Below, one piece after another: positions 9,255-15,878 of a DNA stretch of 64,000 nt. Source of the DNA: Candidatus Gastranaerophilales bacterium. Lineage in GTDB: Bacteria; Cyanobacteriota; Vampirovibrionia; Gastranaerophilales; JAILCC01. Below the pieces are notes generated by a model, which ran no database searches, was not told where the DNA came from, and saw nothing but the letters and a program-made list of their open reading frames with translations. Position 1 is the stretch's first letter. Each line of letters opens with the position of its first letter. The stretch is from positions 26,603 through 90,602 of the forward strand of contig JAQVHS010000007.1 of the NCBI GenBank assembly GCA_028696075.1, read 5' to 3'. The position numbers were made by a program, and so were the translations under genes.

Positions 9255-9944
9255 TTATCCTCTTATAACAACGTTTTTGACGTATTGCTTCATATTATTT
9301 TTAATGGTTATAAATTCGGCATCACTGTAAGTTGTTTCGTTTATAAAAGAAGGGTCTAGTGTAATATCAGGCAGGAATTTTTGCAAGTAATAGTTCGAAG
9401 CACCTTCTATCATTTCACCTATTTTCTCAAAATCATCAAATCCCAGTCGGGATTTTACAACGGTTGTTCTGAATTCTCCGTTGTCAGCCAGCTGCTTCAC
9501 AAGTCCTATACTTCTTAAAATATTAACTTCATTAACTTTGGTATTGGTAATCAAGCTGTATTTTTCAATAGGAGCCTTGATGTCCATTGCTATATAGTCT
9601 ATAAATTGCTGCTCAAGAAGTTTTTCCGCCATATTGGGGTTTGTACCGTTTGTATCAAGTTTTACGGCAAAGCCCATTTCTTTTACCTTCTTTACAAAAG
9701 CCGGCAAATCCTTCTGCAAAGTCGGTTCACCGCCTGAAATTACAACTCCGTCTATTTTGTTTACCCTTGATTTCAAAAACTCTAATATTTCTTTTTCGTT
9801 TTTCAGCTCAAGTTTATTTGGCTGTACAAGCGCAGGGTTATGACAGTAGCCGCATCTAAAATTGCAGCCTTGTGTAAACACTACAGCTGCGATTTTAGAC
9901 GGATAATCTATCAGAGATGATTTTTGAAGACCATTTATTTGCAT
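9255..9944 (-). CDS. nrdG: Anaerobic ribonucleoside-triphosphate reductase activating protein (radical SAM)
   Basis: The CNFRCGYCHN (CxxxCxxC) cluster and GGEPTL are present. The start overlaps the nrdD stop by 10 nt. Confidence 0.9.
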   Translation of the reverse strand: MQINGLQKSSLIDYPSKIAAVVFTQGCNFRCGYCHNPALVQPNKLELKNEKEILEFLKSRVNKIDGVVISGGEPTLQKDLPAFVKKVKEMGFAVKLDTNGTNPNMAEKLLEQQFIDYIAMDIKAPIEKYSLITNTKVNEVNILRSIGLVKQLADNGEFRTTVVKSRLGFDDFEKIGEMIEGASNYYLQKFLPDITLDPSFINETTYSDAEFITIKNNMKQYVKNVVIRG

Positions 9945-11866
9945 TCCACTTTATAAGTCTTTCTCATTTTATATTCGCTCCTTTTACCTTCATTCCACTG
10001 GTTAACAGGTCTTATGTAGCCCACAACTCTTGAGAATACTTCACAATCATTGCCGCATTTAGGGCATTTAAAGTGTTCACCCGCAAGATACCCGTGTTCA
10101 TGGCAGCTGCTGAAAGTCGGTGAGAAGGTAAAATATGGCAGCGCATAATTTTCACAAACTTTTTTAACAAGATTCTTCATTACGTTCAAGTCGTAAATTC
10201 TTTCTCCGCCAAAGATGTGAACTACAGTACCGCCTGTATATTTAGTTTGCAGCTCATCTTGTAAATCAAGTACTTCAAATATGTCATCAGAATAATTGAT
10301 AGGCAGGTGAGTAGAGTTTGTATAGAACGGTTTTGCACTGAAGTTTTCGTATTCAAGGTCGTTTGCACATTGAATTTTAGAGAAGAACTGCTTATCAAGT
10401 TTTGCAAGCCTGTATGAAGTGCCTTCCGCAGGAGTTGCTTCCAAATTATAGTTGTTATGGGTTTCTTTTTGGAATTGTTTAATTTTGTTTCTCATAAAAT
10501 CCATAACTTTAAGAGCGAATTTCCTACCTTCGTTTGTCCCGATATCTTTGTTTAAGAAGTTAGTACAAGCTTCATTCATACCTACAAGCCCGATTGTAGA
10601 GAAGTGGTTTTTCCAAAATACTCCATAGCGTGCTTTTATGTCCTTTAAGTAGAATTTTGTGTATGGATAAAGATCTTTTTCTGTATATTCTTCAAGAATT
10701 TTTCTTTTGATTTCAAGACTTTCTTTTGCTATCTCCATTCTTTCACTTAAGAGTGCAAAGAACTCTCTTTCACTTTTTGCAAGATGCCCGATTCTCGGCA
10801 TATTGATTGTAACAACGCCGATTGAACCTGTCAGAGGGTTGGAACCAAACAATCCGCCGCCCCTGTATTCAAGTTCTCTGTTGTCAATTCTCAATCTGCA
10901 GCACATAGAACGTGCATCTTCCGGGCTCATATCAGAATTAATGAAGTTTGAGAAGTATGGTATGCCGTATTTTGCAGACATTTCCCATAGTCCGTCAAGC
11001 TGCGGATTCTCCCAATCGAAATCTTTTGTAATATTGTAGGTAGGGATGGGAAAAGTAAATACCTGACCTGAATTATCGCCTTTCATCATTATTTCAAAAT
11101 ATGCTTTGTTTATAATATTCATTTCGTTCTGAAATTCGCTGTAAGTTTCTTCTTTAATTTCATCGCCGATAATTACAGCCTGATTTGCATAATAGCTTGG
11201 AACTTTTAAATCCATTGTTATATTCGTAAACGGGGTTTGGAAGCCTGTCCTTGTAGGTACGTTCAAGTTGAAAACAAACTCTTGCATAGCTTGTTTTACC
11301 TGCTCGTAATCCAGTCCGTCGTATTTAATGTACGGAGCCAAAAGCGTATCAAAGTTAGAGAAGGCTTGCGCGCCCGCAGACTCACCCTGCATTGTGTACA
11401 GGAAGTTCACAATTTGACCTAAAGCGGTTCTGAAATGCTTTGGCGGAGCGCATTTAACCTTACCGTCCACTCCGGTGAAACCTTCCGATAACAGGTCTTT
11501 TAAATCCCAGCCCACACAATAAACGCTTATCATGTTTAAATCATGGATATGAAGGTCTCCGTTTTGATGGGAATTCCTGATTGCCGGAGTGTAAATCTTA
11601 TTAAGCCAGTAATTTTTACTTATGTTAGAAGAAATGTAGTTATTCAATCCTTGTATTGAATAGGTCATATTAGAGTTTTCGTTTACCTGCCAGTCAAGCC
11701 TTTGCAGATACTCGTCAACCATTTTTACATTAGCGACGCTTACAATGTTATTCAGGTTATAAACATTGTTTTCGTGCGCAGTTTCTATTTTTGAGTGATA
11801 GGGGTTTGTAAGAGGCAAGCCAGCCTTCACTCTTTCCTGCTCATTTGTTTTTACAGTTCTGTTCAT
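9935..11866 (-). CDS. nrdD: Anaerobic (class III) ribonucleoside-triphosphate reductase
   Basis: The 643-aa ORF carries CCRLRIDNRELEYRGGGLFG, a C-terminal Zn ribbon (CPKCGNDC) and the glycyl-radical motif SRVVGYIRPV. A GGAGA SD lies upstream. Confidence 0.95.
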   Translation of the reverse strand: MNRTVKTNEQERVKAGLPLTNPYHSKIETAHENNVYNLNNIVSVANVKMVDEYLQRLDWQVNENSNMTYSIQGLNNYISSNISKNYWLNKIYTPAIRNSHQNGDLHIHDLNMISVYCVGWDLKDLLSEGFTGVDGKVKCAPPKHFRTALGQIVNFLYTMQGESAGAQAFSNFDTLLAPYIKYDGLDYEQVKQAMQEFVFNLNVPTRTGFQTPFTNITMDLKVPSYYANQAVIIGDEIKEETYSEFQNEMNIINKAYFEIMMKGDNSGQVFTFPIPTYNITKDFDWENPQLDGLWEMSAKYGIPYFSNFINSDMSPEDARSMCCRLRIDNRELEYRGGGLFGSNPLTGSIGVVTINMPRIGHLAKSEREFFALLSERMEIAKESLEIKRKILEEYTEKDLYPYTKFYLKDIKARYGVFWKNHFSTIGLVGMNEACTNFLNKDIGTNEGRKFALKVMDFMRNKIKQFQKETHNNYNLEATPAEGTSYRLAKLDKQFFSKIQCANDLEYENFSAKPFYTNSTHLPINYSDDIFEVLDLQDELQTKYTGGTVVHIFGGERIYDLNVMKNLVKKVCENYALPYFTFSPTFSSCHEHGYLAGEHFKCPKCGNDCEVFSRVVGYIRPVNQWNEGKRSEYKMRKTYKVECK

Positions 11867-11965
11867 AATGAATCTCCTTCTAAAATTCCGTGATTTTACA
11901 TGTGAAAATAATGTTTGACGTTAATCAAACTTGCAGGAAAATCATTTTTGAAAAATTTTATACAC

Positions 11966-11990
11966 AAAAAAACAACACTGACAGGTGTTG
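11966..11990 (-). terminator. Leader terminator/attenuator about 100 nt upstream of nrdD
   Basis: On the minus strand CAACAC-ctgtca-GTGTTG (6-bp stem) is followed by a T7 run. It lies inside the 5' leader rather than after a gene. Confidence 0.5.
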
Positions 11991-12120
11991 ATTTCTTTAT
12001 TGCAGCGATAAACTTCCCATAGCTAATCTCCTGTCTCGAGGTAGTTACGAAATAAGCATTCCGACTATAACGGCTGCGGACCAGTGAGGGGATTGCATGT
12101 CGGGCTTTAACCAAGCCCAC
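11991..12120 (-). promoter_or_regulatory. Candidate riboswitch aptamer in the nrdD leader (weak cobalamin-riboswitch resemblance)
   Basis: The minus strand contains GCAATCCCCTCACTGGTCCGCAGCCGTTATAG. For comparison, the E. coli btuB leader as I recall it reads GCGAATCTGGAGCTGACGCGCAGCGGTAAGG. GGGAAG and a B12-box-like AAATCAACACCTGTC abut the terminator. The canonical AGGGAA element is absent and the element order is imperfect. Confidence 0.3.
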
Positions 12121-12205
12121 GTCGACTTCAATTAAGCCTACGCTAAGCTCCGACTAAGCCTGCGTCAAACTTTAACTAAGTCTGCGCCAAGCTTCGACTA
12201 AGCCC
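12097..12205 (-). repeat. Five tandem ~22-nt mini-hairpin units in the nrdD leader
   Basis: The minus strand reads gggcttagtcgaagcttggcgc / agacttagttaaagtttgacgc / aggcttagtcggagcttagcgt / aggcttaattgaagtcgacgt / gggcttggttaaagcccgacat. Each unit is an RGCTT stem, a pentaloop, an AAGYY stem and a TGRCGY-like linker. Confidence 0.75.
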
Positions 12206-12237
12206 AGCTCACCCTGCTTTCCTTAAATCGTTTTCCA

Positions 12238-12266
12238 ATGCTATCTCAATTTTTTTTATTTGTCAA
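12238..12266 (-). promoter_or_regulatory. Candidate sigma70-type promoter of the nrdDG leader
   Basis: On the minus strand TTGACA lies at 12266-12261, followed by a 17-nt spacer and TAGCAT at 12243-12238. This implies a leader of about 360 nt. Confidence 0.35.
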
Positions 12267-12453
12267 ACTGCTTCATACATGAAATTTAGAAGAGTTACTT
12301 TTAGGGGTTTTCCACCGTATTTTTGTTTACATAAAATTAACAAAATCCATGCCTGAAAATGCTGCCAGATCTAAAATAACGGGGTTTTTAGGCGCAGTAT
12401 AACTTATTAAACACCGAAGGCTTTGAAGTTGGATTGCAGCATGTTATTTATCA

Positions 12454-15400
12454 TCAGCTGCTTGGGATTGGACTGTTGGGCAAAGGCAATTTTTTATCCT
12501 CTTCAACTTCTTCATTTGCATAATACCTGTGGTCTTGCAGACTTTCAAGAGATTTCATAACGCCCAGTCTGCCGGCTTCTTTTTCTAACTTCGCAAAATA
12601 TGATGCGAGCAGATATGACATAAAGGTACAGCATAATCCCCAAGAAATTCCTGCTGCTGCTAACATAGCTTTTAAGGTGGGCGTCATAAAAGAGCTTGCT
12701 AATTTTTCAGGATTTTCTTTCAATAATATATAAGTTTTGACAGGGTCTGCTTGAATCTTATTAAATATTTTTGCGAATTCAGCCTTACCTTCACCTTTAG
12801 GGAAATTATTTATAACTTTTTCAAGCCTTTCAATAATACTTAATGCCGACTTTTTATTAAACTTGCCCAGTTCCAGCTTAGGCAGGTATCTTTGGACTAA
12901 AGCTTGAATTTCTTCAGAATTTAATTTTGCAAATTCTGCATCGCTCATTTTATTCACAGATGATTTGAGTTTGTTGAATATAGCCTGCGAAGAAAGCTCT
13001 ATATCAGGAATTATCTTGTGTGCTTTTCTTACAAATTCTGCCAGCAGTTGTTTAGGTTCGTCTATTTGTTTCAGCTGAATTGTGGAAAGCATTTCATGTA
13101 TAAAATGTTTGGCTGTTGCAGATAAGCTCTGTACATCATTTGATTGAATTTTGCCTATGGCTTCTCTTGCTGTTCTGATATAGCCGGTCACCGCCTCGTC
13201 CTGCCAGCCCGTTTTTGCTAAAAGTGATTCTATAGAGCCCACGAGTTTCAAGGCTTGTTCTTTATTAATATTTTCAAGATTTACCGATGAGAGTGTTTTT
13301 TCGACTTTTGCTTCAATAAGTCCTTTTAATTTATTAAACCCTGCTTCATCAAGGTTATCTACATATTTAACCAAGTCTGCCAGTTTTGATTTTGGATTTA
13401 AACCGTATAATTTGCTGATACTGTTTTTGCCTTGTTCCGCCAATTTTTTAAGCGCACCGACATTGATTTGTATATCGGGAACTTTCTCAAGCGGCAAAGC
13501 GTCTAATTTGTCAAGTATACGGAGCATTTGTTCCTGTGATAATCTGGTGGTGGCAGGGAAAAATCTTTTAATATCAGCGGGAAGCAGTTTTATTATATCA
13601 TCCAGATCCATAAGTCTTTGCAATTTAAAGAACTCATAATGCCCGGAGTCTTCTATAATTTGTTTTAATACGGGTATTTTATTTTTCAAATCGGATGCTG
13701 ATATTTTACCGCTTGTCTGTATTGCTCTAAGATCTAAAGCAGCGGTTATTTTTTGTAATATTTCAGGAACTGTTTGACGCTCTATATTTGCAGTTATATT
13801 ATTTCCGACTTCTCTTAAGTGGCGTTTGAAAAGTTTGCTTTTCATCAGTTTACTTGAAGATGCCATCATATCAAAAGCTTTATCAGCAACTTTGCCGACA
13901 CTCAACTTTCCTTTTGCAACAAGAATTCCGATAACTGCCAGCGGCGATAAAAATGCAGCGTAGCCTCCAATATAAATCAAAGGTTGAATCATCTGATTGG
14001 CTGCTTCCATTGTTTCTGAGTATTTTTGGGAGTTTTCATCAACTTTTTCAAATGTATTAAATACTTTCCTTTGTAAATTTCTTGCATTTTTCAGCTGTTT
14101 TTCGCTTATTTCTTGTTTCATGAGTTCTTTTTTGAGTTCTTTTTCCTCTTTTAGTCCTGTTTTTTTATATTCTTGATATCGGAAATAATGTTTAACGGAA
14201 CGAGGCAAGAAGGAGATATGCTCAATAAAAGAATTAAACGCAGATTGTTTAGGCGCTTTTATATTTTTGACGGATTCAATCTCTTTTTCATCATAACTCA
14301 GATATTCCTGCGGATTATTCTTAAACTCTTCTCTTGCAACGAATCTGCCTGCTCTTGCTGCTGCTTTTTGCAGTTTCAACGCTGTCATAATACCTATAAA
14401 CATGCTTATCACAGTGGTTGGAACGGCTAAAATAGCAAATCTGCCGGCAGGTGTTATGGAAAGTCTGCTCAAGACACTTTTTAACTTTGCCATCTTACTC
14501 CCCGTGCGAAGTTTTTCCCGTATGTTATTATTAAGTTTGCTGCTGAGATTTTTTAAAGCTGCTTTATATGCATCCGGGTCTTGTTTTTGCTTCATTGCAT
14601 AGAATGTTACAAAATCTTTTACAATTTCATCGCTGCCTGTTGAAGATTTTATTAATTTTTTACTAACTGCTTTTGCGATACCCAGTTTACTTACAATAAA
14701 TGATGATATAGCGCCTAAAACAGGACCGCCTAAAAGTGAGCTTGAGAGAATAACTTCTGCTGATGTTTCCATGTTTTCGGAGTATTCTTCCGCTTTATTG
14801 TTTACTTTTTTAACGATTCTGTGAATCACCTGTTGGTCAGACTTTGCTTGTTTTATTTCTTGTTCGGTTAATTCACGAGTTACGATTTTGGCATCGTCCG
14901 TGTCATTCTTCTTCCATTCATTATAACTTTTGCGGTCTTTTATAAGACCTGTCATATTTTTCCAAAAGCCTTTCCTGTCATCATCACCTTTGCGTTTTTG
15001 CCAGAAACTTCTTTTTTCAGAAGGGCGATTTTTGACGGCTTCTTTTGCTTTTGTTCTCTGCTCGGGGGTATAGTTCACGGAGTATTTAGGGTCTTCAATT
15101 TCTTTTCGTGCCTGATAACGAGCTATTCTTGAAGCATCGATTTGCAGCTTGGTTCCATATAATGTTGAACCTACAAACGCAGCTATAGGAACGGTTACAG
15201 CAAGGGTAACGGCTATAGGTCTCCATATTTTTAAAGGTTTAGAGATTTTTGCCCATTCTTTAGTATGTTTTTGCAGTGCAGCGGCATATTCTGGAGGAAT
15301 ATTAATATTCATTTTTTTTAATCTTTTAGGATTGAGGAGATCTCCTCTAGATAAATATTTTTTAGGGTTTGCTGCTTCAATGTTGCGGTATATATCAGAA

Positions 15401-15585
15401 GTATAATCTATTGAATTTGCCTTCAAAAACTCTTGCAGCTTTTTATTCAGCCTTCTTTCATTTTTATAGGTTATAAATCCTGCGCCGCCCAAGCCGACCG
15501 CTAAACCCGCAACATTAGCCAAAGCTTGTGCAGGCTGAGTAGCGGCTTCCATATCTTCTGATATATCTTCTGAGTGCTGATCCAT
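12454..15585 (-). CDS. Large hypothetical six-TM membrane protein with an internally repeated module
   Basis: The 1043-aa ORF has about six hydrophobic helices. A post-TM motif occurs three times (TKLQIDASRIARYQARKE; LKLQKAAARAGRFVAREE; AKLEKEAGRLGVMKSLES). A pre-TM motif occurs twice (AEEYSENMETSAEVI; SQKYSETMEAANQMI). A helical soluble insert of about 400 aa is present. I recognise no family. Confidence 0.75.
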   Translation of the reverse strand: MDQHSEDISEDMEAATQPAQALANVAGLAVGLGGAGFITYKNERRLNKKLQEFLKANSIDYTSDIYRNIEAANPKKYLSRGDLLNPKRLKKMNINIPPEYAAALQKHTKEWAKISKPLKIWRPIAVTLAVTVPIAAFVGSTLYGTKLQIDASRIARYQARKEIEDPKYSVNYTPEQRTKAKEAVKNRPSEKRSFWQKRKGDDDRKGFWKNMTGLIKDRKSYNEWKKNDTDDAKIVTRELTEQEIKQAKSDQQVIHRIVKKVNNKAEEYSENMETSAEVILSSSLLGGPVLGAISSFIVSKLGIAKAVSKKLIKSSTGSDEIVKDFVTFYAMKQKQDPDAYKAALKNLSSKLNNNIREKLRTGSKMAKLKSVLSRLSITPAGRFAILAVPTTVISMFIGIMTALKLQKAAARAGRFVAREEFKNNPQEYLSYDEKEIESVKNIKAPKQSAFNSFIEHISFLPRSVKHYFRYQEYKKTGLKEEKELKKELMKQEISEKQLKNARNLQRKVFNTFEKVDENSQKYSETMEAANQMIQPLIYIGGYAAFLSPLAVIGILVAKGKLSVGKVADKAFDMMASSSKLMKSKLFKRHLREVGNNITANIERQTVPEILQKITAALDLRAIQTSGKISASDLKNKIPVLKQIIEDSGHYEFFKLQRLMDLDDIIKLLPADIKRFFPATTRLSQEQMLRILDKLDALPLEKVPDIQINVGALKKLAEQGKNSISKLYGLNPKSKLADLVKYVDNLDEAGFNKLKGLIEAKVEKTLSSVNLENINKEQALKLVGSIESLLAKTGWQDEAVTGYIRTAREAIGKIQSNDVQSLSATAKHFIHEMLSTIQLKQIDEPKQLLAEFVRKAHKIIPDIELSSQAIFNKLKSSVNKMSDAEFAKLNSEEIQALVQRYLPKLELGKFNKKSALSIIERLEKVINNFPKGEGKAEFAKIFNKIQADPVKTYILLKENPEKLASSFMTPTLKAMLAAAGISWGLCCTFMSYLLASYFAKLEKEAGRLGVMKSLESLQDHRYYANEEVEEDKKLPLPNSPIPSS

Positions 15586-15621
15586 TAATGTAACTACATC
15601 AATGACCCTGTTGCCTAAATC

Positions 15622-15768
15622 TTATGCCGTTTGCATTTTTTCGACAGAAGGTTTATGTGCGTCATATAAAGCTTGTCTGCGCAAATCGTCGTTGTGTCCA
15701 GTTTCTTCCCATTTTTTAAACTGCCCGCGATTACGTTTTATTTCCCCTAATACGTTGAAAAATTCCAT
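15622..15768 (-). CDS. Candidate small ORF (48 aa) upstream of the 1043-aa gene
   Basis: This ORF is below the 60-aa track cutoff. It reads MEFFNVLGEIKRNRGQFKKWEETGHNDDLRRQALYDAHKPSVEKMQTA* and ends 36 nt before the ATG of the large gene. It has no strong SD. The plus-strand ORF at 15602-15808 looks less protein-like. Confidence 0.3.
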   Translation of the reverse strand: MEFFNVLGEIKRNRGQFKKWEETGHNDDLRRQALYDAHKPSVEKMQTA

Positions 15769-15878
15769 GCCCTACCACTGTTTTGCCAACTGTTATATGT
15801 ATAAATAAAAGTAAAAAATAAATAAAATTTGCTTATTTACGTATCTTTCCATGATATTCTGTAGAAAAGGGATATGTT

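Noticed and set aside
11896-12120. A 74-aa minus-strand ORF upstream of nrdD.
   Set aside because: It spans the leader terminator and the riboswitch-like core, and the region is better explained as structured 5' UTR. I also looked for a palindromic NrdR box in the leader and promoter and did not find a convincing one.
15602-15808. A 68-aa plus-strand ORF between the 1043-aa gene and polA.
   Set aside because: It has no SD, its Cys/Ser/Leu-rich sequence looks odd, and it would end about 70 nt before polA. The opposite-strand 48-aa ORF (15622-15768) looks more protein-like, though it is also unproven.
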